Program-made: the position numbers and the translations under genes
Notes under the pieces: generated by a model
Database searches by the model: none
What the model was told of the DNA's origin: nothing
The model's input: the letters and a program-made list of their open reading frames with translations, nothing else
Part shown: one piece after another, positions 28,651 to 38,291 of the stretch
How the letters are laid out: every line of letters begins with the position of its first letter
Position numbering within the stretch: the first letter of the stretch is position 1
Source: an uncultured Planctomycetia bacterium
GTDB lineage: Bacteria > Omnitrophota > Gorgyraeia > CAYWPX01
DNA: 64,000 nucleotides
Assembly: GCA_964460615.1 (NCBI GenBank)
Contig: CAYWPX010000002.1
Location: 71,220-135,219 of the forward strand
Direction of reading: 5' to 3'

Positions 28651-29781
28651 CTATTTGCTATAACTTCTTGGTACGCGGTCAGTTATGGAGCATACTATCT
28701 CATAAGGAATAGTTGCGGATAATTTGGCCAGCTCATCAATAGTTATAATATCCTTACCCTGCTTGCCTATTAATACCACTTCATCCCCAATTTGCACTTC
28801 TTTTATGTGGCCGACATCTATCATGGTCTGATCCATAGTTACCTTCCCTATCACCTTAGCGCGCTTTCCTCGGACCAGAACTTCCGCTTTATTTGAAAGG
28901 ATCCTGCCATAACCATCGGCATATCCTATGGGTAGCGTAGCAACCTTTGTAGGTTTTTGGGTAATATATGTCCTTCCATAACTAATCGATCTTCCGGCAG
29001 GGGTATCTTTTAAAAAAACAATTTTAGTTTTTAAGCTCATTGCCGGCTTCAGCTTTACAATATTGACAAAATGCCTTTTTGGATACATTCCATAAATAAT
29101 GATCCCGGGCCTGACCAGATTAAAATGCGATCTGGGTATATCTATTACGCCAATGCTATTGGCAACGTGCTTTAGCGGAATATCTATACCGATCTGCGCT
29201 GACTCATTTATTATCTCCTCAAAAGACTCCAATTGATAATTTGTAAAAAAATTGTCATGCCCGGCGCTTGCAAAATGAGTATAAATACCTTCGAGAACAA
29301 TGGAAGAAGTTTTGGAAATTGTCCTGATAAATCCGACTGCCTCCCTATGCCAAACACCGATCCTGCCCATCCCGGTATCTATTTTTATATGGGCCTTGGC
29401 CTTTTTTTTAAGGTTCAGGGAAACCTTGTCAATAAGCGGGATAAGATCGTCATTCCCAAGAGTGATGGTAATGTCATTCTCCACCATCGGGCGGATCTCT
29501 TCTTTTGTCACGCATCCAAGAACCAGTATAGGGGTCCTGATATTATTTCTTCTTAAATTTAAAGCCTCATCAACAGTAGCAACGCCAAAATAATCCACAT
29601 CTATGCCGGAAAGCGTTTTGGCCACTTCGAGGATACCATGGCCATAGGCATTGGCTTTTACCACAGCCATTACCTTGGTCTTACTCCCGACGAGTTTTTT
29701 TATTTCGCTATAATTGTATTTCACTGCCCCCAGATCTATCTCCGCGCATGTGGGACGGTGAAAAAATGGTTTCTTATTCAT
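28651..29781 (-). CDS. alr: alanine racemase
   Basis: VMAVVKANAYGHG (the PLP-lysine motif AVVKANAYGHG). 376 aa. Confidence 0.85.
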   Translation of the reverse strand: MNKKPFFHRPTCAEIDLGAVKYNYSEIKKLVGSKTKVMAVVKANAYGHGILEVAKTLSGIDVDYFGVATVDEALNLRRNNIRTPILVLGCVTKEEIRPMVENDITITLGNDDLIPLIDKVSLNLKKKAKAHIKIDTGMGRIGVWHREAVGFIRTISKTSSIVLEGIYTHFASAGHDNFFTNYQLESFEEIINESAQIGIDIPLKHVANSIGVIDIPRSHFNLVRPGIIIYGMYPKRHFVNIVKLKPAMSLKTKIVFLKDTPAGRSISYGRTYITQKPTKVATLPIGYADGYGRILSNKAEVLVRGKRAKVIGKVTMDQTMIDVGHIKEVQIGDEVVLIGKQGKDIITIDELAKLSATIPYEIVCSITDRVPRSYSK

Positions 29782-29895
29782 GAATACCTTTTAAAAATGC
29801 TTCTGGCTGCTGGCTACAAATTATTGGCCTGCGGCTATTTTTATAAATATATCACAAAATCCTTTATAATCAAATGACTAATAATCTTCTTATAA
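29782..29895 (-). repeat. spacer with a GGC-phase tandem heptamer array (ttctggc|tgctggc|tacaaat|tattggc|ctgcggc) and a candidate promoter (TTGATT-N16-TGaTATATT) for alr
   Basis: Read directly. The minus strand reads ttgattataaaggattttgtgatatatt. Confidence 0.35.
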
Positions 29896-30591
29896 TTATG
29901 GCTTAGATTTTTTTTCAAAGCCTCTTACACTGCAAAATTTGTGATATATATAAAGAGGTTCGAGCTTAAAAATATCCTCAAATTCCCTCTCTTTAATTTT
30001 TTTGAACCCGAGTTTCGCTATATTGCCAAGTTCCGGATAAAAGAATTCCGGTTCTGCAAAATTACTACCTATAAATTTTGACTCTATCTCATCCTTATAA
30101 ATACCCACTCCGTCCCCGACAAAAATCGCAGGACGTTTTAGTTTTTTTAATAACTCATCTATGGATAAGAGCATGTATTTGGAAATTCTGGCTAATTCGG
30201 ATCTTTTGTATCTATAAACCGCCGAATATACCATGCCTTTTTTTGCGTCTATTATCGGGACAATATCTTTGTCGGTATTTTTTATATTCAGAGCTATTGA
30301 GTCAAGCGAAGTCACGCTTACAACTTTTTTCCCCGTCACATAACTCAAACCTTTGACCAGCACCACCCCTATCCTGAGGCCGGTAAATGACCCAGGGCCT
30401 ATAACTATGACAATACTATCCATATCGGCTAATTTTAAACGGGCTTTTTTTAGAACTTTTTCTATAAAAACAATGATATCCCTTGAATGATTTAACTCTT
30501 CGGAAGAGATCATTTTAGAGACTACTTTATCATTTTTACTTATTGCAACCTGAAGTTTCTTTGAAGAAGTATCGATTAATAATAGATACAT
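29896..30591 (-). CDS. tsaB: tRNA t6A biosynthesis protein TsaB (YeaZ)
   Basis: MYLLLIDTSSKKLQVAI...GPGSFTGLRIGV, the YeaZ signature. Confidence 0.8.
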   Translation of the reverse strand: MYLLLIDTSSKKLQVAISKNDKVVSKMISSEELNHSRDIIVFIEKVLKKARLKLADMDSIVIVIGPGSFTGLRIGVVLVKGLSYVTGKKVVSVTSLDSIALNIKNTDKDIVPIIDAKKGMVYSAVYRYKRSELARISKYMLLSIDELLKKLKRPAIFVGDGVGIYKDEIESKFIGSNFAEPEFFYPELGNIAKLGFKKIKEREFEDIFKLEPLYIYHKFCSVRGFEKKSKP

Positions 30592-30621
30592 ATTTTTGCC
30601 TCTTGCCTGAAGCCTAAAGCT

Positions 30622-30649
30622 CTAATAGGTGCCGATAGGCACCTATTAG
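30622..30649 (-). promoter_or_regulatory. perfect 12-bp-stem hairpin ctaataggtgcc-gata-ggcacctattag overlapping the tsaE stop codon
   Basis: Seen directly. No U-tract follows. Confidence 0.4.
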
Positions 30650-31101
30650 AATAGCTTCTTTACGATTCTTTTATACCTATCCCCAAAGGGGATAAATTTG
30701 ATTCTTCTTTTATTATCACCGGCAACTTTAAACTCTATCCTCAGATGTTCTTCGGGAATAAGATCGGGCGCTTTATCGGCCCATTCCATTGCAGTCACTC
30801 CGTTACCAAAAAAATATTCGCTTGCGCCGATATCTTCGAGCGATTTCTCGTCATTTAAGCGGTATATGTCAAAGTGATAAAGATTCAGCCTTCCTTTGTA
30901 CTCTTTTACAATCACAAATGTAGGGCTATTCACATATCTATGGTCTATGCCTAACCCTTTTGCTAACCCCTTCACAAAAACCGTTTTTCCTGAACCAAGG
31001 TCCCCGACAAGCGCAAGAAAATCACCTTTTTTAAGATTTTTGCCGAGTGAGCAGGCAAATTTTTTTGTTTCGTCTATATTTATTGTGATCAGCTCATTCA
31101 T
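30646..31101 (-). CDS. tsaE: tRNA t6A biosynthesis ATPase TsaE (YjeE)
   Basis: LALVGDLGSGKTVFVKGLAKGLG P-loop and SPTFVIVKEY. 151 aa. Confidence 0.8.
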   Translation of the reverse strand: MNELITINIDETKKFACSLGKNLKKGDFLALVGDLGSGKTVFVKGLAKGLGIDHRYVNSPTFVIVKEYKGRLNLYHFDIYRLNDEKSLEDIGASEYFFGNGVTAMEWADKAPDLIPEEHLRIEFKVAGDNKRRIKFIPFGDRYKRIVKKLF

Positions 31102-31104
31102 ATT

Positions 31105-32022
31105 TTAAAAATGCGTAAATCCGGTCTTAGTTAAAGGCACAATCATGCCGTCTCTATTTATCAGCTTATAGCCGAAACTTTTTGGCATTATTTTACCGAC
31201 AGGGGTTATGTTTAGTTTTGAATATTTCTTAAAATTTTTTATTATCTCTAGCGCATTGACTTCATTGACAGTGAAGAGGAGCTCGAAATCTTCTCCGTCA
31301 CAAAGGGCATCTTCCACTGATCCGGCGTCTCTTGACACCGGGATAAGGGCCTCGCTTATAGCCGCGCCCACCGAACTTTCATCAAGTATTCTCCTGAGGT
31401 CTCCTGCCAGGCCGTCGGATATATCCATCATAGAATTGATTTGAAACTTTTTTACCAGTATCCTTGACTCATCCAGCCTAGGCGTGAAACTCAGATGTTT
31501 TTCTTTTATTGAACCTCCGAGAAAACCTGTAACAAAAATAATATCACCTACTCTTGCAGTGCTTCTTAAAACTAATTCATCTTTATTGACCTCACCTATC
31601 ATAGACACATCCAGCACCAACTTGTCTGATCTTACCGTATCGCCGCCTACGATATTTACATCAAACTTTTTTGCCAAAGCCTTTATCCCCATGTAAATTT
31701 TTTCTATATCTTTTACTTTAAGTTTCCCGGGGATCCCTGCTGAAACTACCGCCCACTTCGGAATCCCACCCATTGCGGCGATATCACTAATGGAGCATCC
31801 GAGAGCCTTATGGCCGATCTTTTCAAATGATGCGGACTTCAGCCTAAAATGCACATCCTCAATAAGCATGTCGCAAGTAAAAAGAAGGTGCTTTTTGGAA
31901 TTCCCGAATTTTAAAACCGCCGTATCGTCCCCGATCCCGCGTATTACGGATCTATCGGTCCCGGTTAAGGACCTGATCTTATTTATGAGATTAAACTCGC
32001 CGAAATTCTTTACCAGCTTCAT
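31105..32022 (-). CDS. thiL: thiamine-monophosphate kinase
   Basis: GIGDDTAVLKF...DMLIEDVHF is the N-terminus of the AIR-synthase-related fold typical of ThiL. 305 aa. Confidence 0.75.
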   Translation of the reverse strand: MKLVKNFGEFNLINKIRSLTGTDRSVIRGIGDDTAVLKFGNSKKHLLFTCDMLIEDVHFRLKSASFEKIGHKALGCSISDIAAMGGIPKWAVVSAGIPGKLKVKDIEKIYMGIKALAKKFDVNIVGGDTVRSDKLVLDVSMIGEVNKDELVLRSTARVGDIIFVTGFLGGSIKEKHLSFTPRLDESRILVKKFQINSMMDISDGLAGDLRRILDESSVGAAISEALIPVSRDAGSVEDALCDGEDFELLFTVNEVNALEIIKNFKKYSKLNITPVGKIMPKSFGYKLINRDGMIVPLTKTGFTHF

Positions 32023-33074
32023 TATTTTACTAACCTTTCAAGTGATCTGTCCAAAGGATTTTCGAATATGCCCTCTTCGGTAATTATTGCTTTTATCAAA
32101 TTATGCGGCGTAACATCAAATGCCGGATTATACGCCTTCATATTTTTCGGGGCGATCCTAAGTCCGAAAATTTCCGTAACCTCTTTATGGGACCTTTCTT
32201 CTATCGGTATAGAAGTGCCGTCTTTTAAACTTAGATCAAAAGTAGATATCGGAGCAACTACATAAAAAGGGATCTTGTGATAATTAGCTAAAACCGCTAA
32301 ACTGTAAGTTCCTACTTTATTGGCAGTATCGCCATTACGGGCTATTCTGTCGGCGCCGACAAATATCTTATCGATTTTGCCTTTTGCCATAAGTGAGGCA
32401 GCCATATTATCGCAGATAAGCGTAGCGTCGACGCCCTCTTTGGTAAGTTCCCAGGCAGTAAGCCTGGCCCCCTGAAGAAGCGGCCTTGTTTCATCAACAA
32501 AGACCTTTATTTTTTTGCCGTCGTGATGCGCCTTCGAAATTAGCCCGAGTGCCGTGCCAAAATCCGCAGTTGCCAATGCCCCGGCATTACAGTGAGTAAG
32601 TATTGAATCTCCCGACTTGATCAGACCGGAGCCGTTCTGGGCCATCTTTCTACAGATATGCTTGTCCTCATTAAATATTTTTATCGCTTCATGTAAAAGA
32701 ATATGCTTTAAAGCGCTTATATCATCGGTTTTGTTTTCCAGGGCAACCGTCTTCATCCTATCAAGCGCCCAAAAAAGATTAACCGCGGTGGGTCTTGATA
32801 TTTTCAGATACTGAATAACCTTCTCGAGGTCCTTTTCAAATGCTGCAAAATTTTTTGCTTTGGAGTTTTGGGTCCCTATTACCACCCCAAAAGCCCCCGC
32901 TATGCCTATAGCCGGTGCGCCGCGCACTTTAAGTTTTTTTATGGCATCCCACAAAGTATTCAAATCATCCGTAGTCACTTTGACAAATTTTTCGGGAAGC
33001 ATTGTCTGGTCTATGAACCGGATCTTTGCATATCGTTTTTTTGTTAACACCAATTCTATCGTTGGTAAAGACAT
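32022..33074 (-). CDS. mtnA: S-methyl-5-thioribose-1-phosphate isomerase (eIF-2B alpha/beta/delta family)
   Basis: VRGAPAIGIAGAFGVVIG...THCNAGALATADFGTALG, the MtnA/e2B2 signature. 350 aa. Confidence 0.8.
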   Translation of the reverse strand: MSLPTIELVLTKKRYAKIRFIDQTMLPEKFVKVTTDDLNTLWDAIKKLKVRGAPAIGIAGAFGVVIGTQNSKAKNFAAFEKDLEKVIQYLKISRPTAVNLFWALDRMKTVALENKTDDISALKHILLHEAIKIFNEDKHICRKMAQNGSGLIKSGDSILTHCNAGALATADFGTALGLISKAHHDGKKIKVFVDETRPLLQGARLTAWELTKEGVDATLICDNMAASLMAKGKIDKIFVGADRIARNGDTANKVGTYSLAVLANYHKIPFYVVAPISTFDLSLKDGTSIPIEERSHKEVTEIFGLRIAPKNMKAYNPAFDVTPHNLIKAIITEEGIFENPLDRSLERLVK

Positions 33075-33075
33075 T

Positions 33076-34167
33076 TTACCCCCAAACTATTTTTGCCATT
33101 AAATTCCGTTTTATCTTTACGGCTTTACTTGGACAAAACTCATGACAACATAAGCACAGTATGCATTTATTATGGTCTATATTGTGTTTTTCGTCAATAG
33201 CGTTAACAGGACAGCTATTTTTGCATATGTTGCATTTTGTGCAGATTGATCTATCAACATAAGGCTTAAATTTGCAGTATTTAAATATTGGTTTTAAGAG
33301 CGGTTTCAGAATACTCTGGGAAATGAACGGTAATTTATAATCGCTTTTTTTGAAAGCGCCTATACCGTCGCCCGTTATCTCAATATCTTTAATTTCACCT
33401 ATCCCGACCTGTCTAGAGTGTGCAAGCCTTGTAGTCAGCACATCAAAGCTATTTATCCCGATGATTTTGGCCATCACCGCATCAAGGCTGACACCATCGT
33501 TTGAGACAGCGATCAAATCAAGGTTCCTCAAAGGCCCGTTATTCGGCCCGTCGCCCTCCATACAGGTTACGGCATCCAATACCACCAGATCCGGCAATCT
33601 TGCCGAATAGACATCGACCAGAAAATTACAAAATCCTGCCAGCGTCGGATATATCCCGTGGCTTTGAGGCTTGTAAAGCCCCGGCACCAGCCCGAAACTA
33701 TTCTTTACTCCTGCTGTAATAGTAGTGACTGTATGGGTCTTAAATTTTGGTACCGAGACAAGGTAATCGCATTCAAATAGCTTACTCGCTAACGGTATGC
33801 CATTTACCTTTCTGATCTTATCAAATCTGACCAGCTCCACGCCCTCTTCTATGCAAATTTTTTTTGTAAGTGTTTTTTCAAAAACTTCTTCAGTATTTTT
33901 CCCATAACCTCCGGGGCTGTCGCCTACATAGATCTTATTATTATTTTTTTTAAAGACCCTTATTACGGACCTTAAAACCTCGGGATGCGTTGTTACATGC
34001 TCTTCGGGCACCTTAGCAGATAATAGGTTCGGTTTTATCAAAACCTTACTGCCCGGTTTTAAAGCGCTATCCCACCCGGGCATATTCTTAAGCGCTTTTA
34101 ATAGCGCACTTTCGATATTTGCCGGATCATAATCAGGGCAGAACTGAAGGGATACCTTTGATTCCAT
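33076..34167 (-). CDS. DUF362 domain protein with C-terminal 2x[4Fe-4S] ferredoxin domain
   Basis: KVLIKPNLL...GDSPGG is DUF362-like. The C-terminus CTKCNICKNSCPVNAI ... CILCLCCHEFCP gives two CxxCxxCxxxCP motifs. Confidence 0.7.
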   Translation of the reverse strand: MESKVSLQFCPDYDPANIESALLKALKNMPGWDSALKPGSKVLIKPNLLSAKVPEEHVTTHPEVLRSVIRVFKKNNNKIYVGDSPGGYGKNTEEVFEKTLTKKICIEEGVELVRFDKIRKVNGIPLASKLFECDYLVSVPKFKTHTVTTITAGVKNSFGLVPGLYKPQSHGIYPTLAGFCNFLVDVYSARLPDLVVLDAVTCMEGDGPNNGPLRNLDLIAVSNDGVSLDAVMAKIIGINSFDVLTTRLAHSRQVGIGEIKDIEITGDGIGAFKKSDYKLPFISQSILKPLLKPIFKYCKFKPYVDRSICTKCNICKNSCPVNAIDEKHNIDHNKCILCLCCHEFCPSKAVKIKRNLMAKIVWG

Positions 34168-34185
34168 ATTAAAAATTGATCCTTA

Positions 34186-35229
34186 TTATAAAAGAGTTTT
34201 AAACACAAAAACAAAATAAAGCATGACGCTATTATGTATCATATGAACAAGTATTGAGTAGGTAAGGCTTTTTGTTCTTTCGTAAATATATATCAATAAA
34301 ATTCCCAGTATCAAAATAGGCAGAAACGCTGCCACATTCCCGTGTAAAAGCGCAAAAAATACTGATGTTATCATTACTCCCCAAAAAATCCCCAGGCGGT
34401 TCTTTAAGGCCGGGTACATAAACCCCCTGAAAAAAATTTCTTCGACGATCGGGCCTATGATGCAGGCAAATATACCTAGAAATATCAAAAAGAATGTATC
34501 ATTTTCCTTAAGGAAGATCCCGAGTATCTCCTGAGGCTCAGGTTCAAAATTAAATTTATCTGCAACAAAAACCACTACCAATAGAGCAATAACAAATAGA
34601 GGTGCTGCTTGGATATATTTGGCAACCGATAAAACTGAATTCTTAAAGAAATTGTTGAATCTTATACCCAAAAGTGACAGGTCTATTTTTTTAACACCAC
34701 CAAAAACAAAATATAAAATCAAAATCATTATCATTATTTCGTTGAAAGCAGCATTAAAGAGCAGCCTTAGGTTATCTATTTTATCTAATTGCGGGAATAT
34801 CTTTACTAACCCGATCTCAATAACGCTTAAAATGTAAAGAAAAAAAGTAAAAAGAATGATAACCTTACAGACATCCCATACTGACCAGCTGATCTCAAAC
34901 TTGGTTTTTAGCGAATCAAATAAGCGCTTCAAATTTAACTTAAACAGAGTTAAAATATTTAAGAAGATCCCGGTAAGTACTACAAAAATTATCAAAAGAC
35001 TTACCGCTGTCATTTTAGCCAAAAGCACAGGATCTTTTAAGAGATTGGCCCTTGCAATTTCTTCTAACGAACTTACCTCTTTTGCTATATCTGAAGATTT
35101 TTGTTTTACTAAATCGGTTGTCGAAACTGATAATAATAGCGCTATATTAAAGAAAGCTATGAAGCACAGGAGATAAAAATACATGCTTTCTTTATTTATA
35201 AATTCTCTTATCTTTAGTATTGAAATCAT
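34186..35229 (-). CDS. CPBP family intramembrane metalloprotease (CAAX protease-like)
   Basis: Multi-TM protein. The C-terminus GPIVEEIFFRGF ... FALLHG matches the CPBP motifs EExxxR and FxxxH. Confidence 0.7.
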   Translation of the reverse strand: MISILKIREFINKESMYFYLLCFIAFFNIALLLSVSTTDLVKQKSSDIAKEVSSLEEIARANLLKDPVLLAKMTAVSLLIIFVVLTGIFLNILTLFKLNLKRLFDSLKTKFEISWSVWDVCKVIILFTFFLYILSVIEIGLVKIFPQLDKIDNLRLLFNAAFNEIMIMILILYFVFGGVKKIDLSLLGIRFNNFFKNSVLSVAKYIQAAPLFVIALLVVVFVADKFNFEPEPQEILGIFLKENDTFFLIFLGIFACIIGPIVEEIFFRGFMYPALKNRLGIFWGVMITSVFFALLHGNVAAFLPILILGILLIYIYERTKSLTYSILVHMIHNSVMLYFVFVFKTLL

Positions 35230-35355
35230 TTATCCGTTCTTCGTACGGGGTACGGCGTCGTGCGTGTTAAAAAATTAGTTATTATTTATATTTATTTTCA
35301 CGCCGTACACAATACGTTATACGCCGTACTTTTTTGTTAAGAGCCATGATCACAA
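35230..35355 (-). repeat. GTAC-rich tandem-heptamer element (family A copy 3) with an AT-rich core, directly upstream of the CPBP gene
   Basis: ttatccgttcttcgtacggggtacggcgtcgtg ... AT-rich 40 nt ... cgccgta|cacaata|cgttata|cgccgta. Confidence 0.55.
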
Positions 35356-36735
35356 TTACCCAACCACTCCGAGCTGCCTGAACCTGAAATTTACTTTTAA
35401 TTCGTCTTTGGCTATCGATTCGCATCTTTTAACGTCTACTCCCGGTAGATCTAAGCACGTAGCTTCAACCTCAATACCGGCATCGCGGCAATCACGGATA
35501 AATTTTTTGACCGCTTCATAGGTTTCATCGCCAAATGCAGGAAAGCAGAACTTATTATAAAGCTCCTTTGTATCAGCGTTAAGGCTTACAGATGCCCTGT
35601 CAATCAATCCTGCCAGGTCCTTCACAATATTTTTCTTATTTATAAGGTCTCCCTGCCCGTTTGTCACTAGCCTTATTTTAGAACCTGATTTTTTTAAAGA
35701 CTCGGCGATCTCTATAAGGACATCGAGCCTGGTAGTCGGCTCGCCATAACCGCAAAAAACAATTTCTTTATATTTGCCGGGATTTTTAATGCTACTAAGG
35801 ACATCTTCGGCGCTAGGCTCATTATCAAGCCACAGGCTGTGGCCTTTGACGAACTTTGAGGTATTCCTTATGCAAAAATCGCAGTTATTTGTGCATTGGT
35901 TTGTAATATTCAAATACAGTGAATCGCGTATCTCATAAGAGTAGACATTTTCACTCTCTTTTATCCCGAGGCTGAACAACTGATTTGCATTATGGGTTGT
36001 GATCCTTGCAATATCGGATTCGCTTAATTTTTTTAATTCCGCCAGAAGCTTTATTAGGCTTATTAGGTTGGCAGGCTCATTCCTCTTCCCCCTCAAATTC
36101 TCGGGGGCAAGGTACGGCGCATCCGTCTCAAGGCACATCTTTTCAATCGGAACAAGCTTAGAAAGATCTCTAAGGTTCTGGGCCTTTTTATACGTTACAT
36201 TCGAGGTGAACGATATGTATAACCCAAGCTCAAGGCACTCTTTCAGGGACTGCTCATCTCCTGAAAAGCAGTGCATAACGCCCTTGATGGGCAGTGATTT
36301 ATATTTTTTTAATATCTCCAGAGTATCGCCGAAGGCTTCCCTTGAGTGAATTACGATCGGAAGGTCATATTTATTCGATAGTTCCAGCTGTTTAATAAAG
36401 ATCTCGATCTGCTTATCCTTAGGAGAGAGATTTCTGTAATAATCTAATCCTATCTCCCCTATCGCAACGACCTTTTTATTATTCTTTATCAGCCACTCTA
36501 AAGTATCATAATCCTCGCTTTTCACATCTTTTGCTTCATGAGGATGAATGCCGACCGTCGCAAAAATAAACTCATATTCATTAGCTAGTGCGCATGAACG
36601 CTTGCTTCCTTCAACAGAACTTCCTACATTAATAATATATTCCACCCCGGAAGACTTCGCCTTATTAATAGCTTCGGGCCTGTCGTGATCAAAATCCTTG
36701 AAATCAAGGTGGCAATGGGTATCTACAATAATCAT
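35356..36735 (-). CDS. tatD: fusion: TatD-family metal-dependent hydrolase (N-terminal) plus radical SAM domain (C-terminal)
   Basis: MIIVDTHCHLDF...IGEIGLDYY...PIVIHSREA...ETDAPYL is TatD. The C-terminal approx. 200 aa carry CTNNCDFC (Cx3Cx2C). Confidence 0.75.
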   Translation of the reverse strand: MIIVDTHCHLDFKDFDHDRPEAINKAKSSGVEYIINVGSSVEGSKRSCALANEYEFIFATVGIHPHEAKDVKSEDYDTLEWLIKNNKKVVAIGEIGLDYYRNLSPKDKQIEIFIKQLELSNKYDLPIVIHSREAFGDTLEILKKYKSLPIKGVMHCFSGDEQSLKECLELGLYISFTSNVTYKKAQNLRDLSKLVPIEKMCLETDAPYLAPENLRGKRNEPANLISLIKLLAELKKLSESDIARITTHNANQLFSLGIKESENVYSYEIRDSLYLNITNQCTNNCDFCIRNTSKFVKGHSLWLDNEPSAEDVLSSIKNPGKYKEIVFCGYGEPTTRLDVLIEIAESLKKSGSKIRLVTNGQGDLINKKNIVKDLAGLIDRASVSLNADTKELYNKFCFPAFGDETYEAVKKFIRDCRDAGIEVEATCLDLPGVDVKRCESIAKDELKVNFRFRQLGVVG

Positions 36736-36737
36736 CT

Positions 36738-38291
36738 TTAGACCTTTATACGGGGAAACAGCGGAGGAATCTTCTTCAGTTTCGTATCTGGTTTCAAAAA
36801 ATCCGTCACAAATTTTTCAAAATCCGTTTTTGCCGGATCAAAAGCCACATTAAGCGATTCTAATATCTTAATAGAGGTCTTTGGCATAAAAGGATATAAA
36901 AAAGCCCCTACCAATCTAAGGGACTCCAAAAGTGAATAGATGACATCTTTGAGTTCTTCTATCTTATTCTCTTTTGAAAGTTTCCACGGGGCCTTTTCTT
37001 CAATAAATTTGTTCGCCCTGTTCACCGCTTTCCAGATCACCGCCAATGCTTCGCTGAAATTAAGATCTTTTATTAAAATTTCTAACTGAGGCGGTATCTT
37101 TAACGCCTCTTTTACCAATTCAAGCTCTTTTGGATCTTTTGTTCCGGGTACAATCCCGCCAAAATATTTTTCTGCCATAGTGACGGTCCTATTTAGTAAA
37201 TTCCCAAGGTCATTGGCCAGATCCGAATCAAACCTTTCAATAAAAGCATCCTCGCTAAAGGACCCATCCAGTCCGAAAGTAACTTCTCGAAGCAAAAAAT
37301 ACCTTAAGGGGTCTTCCCCTCCGTAATTTTCTATGTAATAATTCGGGTCCACCACATTGCCGCGGGATTTTGACATCTTCTCGCCCTTTATCACCCACCA
37401 TCCGTGGGCAAATACGGATTTTGGCATCGCAAGGTCCATCGCCTTCAGCATGATCGGCCAATAGACCGCATGGTGCCTTATTATATCCTTTGCCATAAGA
37501 TGCAGGTCCGCAGGCCAGTACTTATTAAATTTTTCGTTATTTTTTAAATACCCGCTTCCTGTTAGATAATTGATAAGCGCGTCAAACCAGACATAGACAA
37601 CATAATTATTATCAAAAGGCAACTCTATACCCCAACTAAGCCTCGACTTCGGCCTCGAGATACAAAGATCGTTCAACGGGTTCTCAAGAAATGACATTAT
37701 CTCGTTCTTTCTGGATACCGGCCTAATAAAATCAGGGTTATCGTTGATATATTTTTTAAGCCACCCGACATAACTTGAAAGTTTAAAAAAATAGTTCTCC
37801 TCGTCGATCCGCTCAATGGGCCTATGGCAATCTGGACAGAGATTATCTTTTACCTGGGAATCTATAAAGAATCCTTCGCACGGCTTACAGAACCATCCCT
37901 GGTACCTGCCTTTATAGATGTCGCCTTTTTTATAAAGAGCATTCAGTATCTCCTTAACTACAAACTCATGATCGGCATCAGTAGTCCTGATAAAATAATC
38001 ATAGCTTATATTCATATCCTCCCAGAGTTTTTTAAATCTGGGAAGGATCTTATCGACAAATAACTTCTCTTCGCCCTTTTTAAGGCCGTCTTTTAGAGTA
38101 GACTCCTCTATCTTTTCTCCATGCTCATCGGTACCGGTAAGGAAAAACACATCATATCCTTTAAGCCTGTAAAATCTCGCCAAAACATCGCAGGCTACCT
38201 GAGTATAGGAATGGCCTATGTGAGGGGAGCCATTAATATAATAAATAGGAGTTGTCAGATAAAATTTATTTTTCATGCTTCTTATCCTCAT
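36738..38291 (-). CDS. metG: methionyl-tRNA synthetase (short form)
   Basis: PIYYINGSPHIGHSYTQVACD (HIGH), KMSKSRGN (KMSKS) and a zinc knuckle CPDCHRPI. Confidence 0.9.
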   Translation of the reverse strand: MRIRSMKNKFYLTTPIYYINGSPHIGHSYTQVACDVLARFYRLKGYDVFFLTGTDEHGEKIEESTLKDGLKKGEEKLFVDKILPRFKKLWEDMNISYDYFIRTTDADHEFVVKEILNALYKKGDIYKGRYQGWFCKPCEGFFIDSQVKDNLCPDCHRPIERIDEENYFFKLSSYVGWLKKYINDNPDFIRPVSRKNEIMSFLENPLNDLCISRPKSRLSWGIELPFDNNYVVYVWFDALINYLTGSGYLKNNEKFNKYWPADLHLMAKDIIRHHAVYWPIMLKAMDLAMPKSVFAHGWWVIKGEKMSKSRGNVVDPNYYIENYGGEDPLRYFLLREVTFGLDGSFSEDAFIERFDSDLANDLGNLLNRTVTMAEKYFGGIVPGTKDPKELELVKEALKIPPQLEILIKDLNFSEALAVIWKAVNRANKFIEEKAPWKLSKENKIEELKDVIYSLLESLRLVGAFLYPFMPKTSIKILESLNVAFDPAKTDFEKFVTDFLKPDTKLKKIPPLFPRIKV

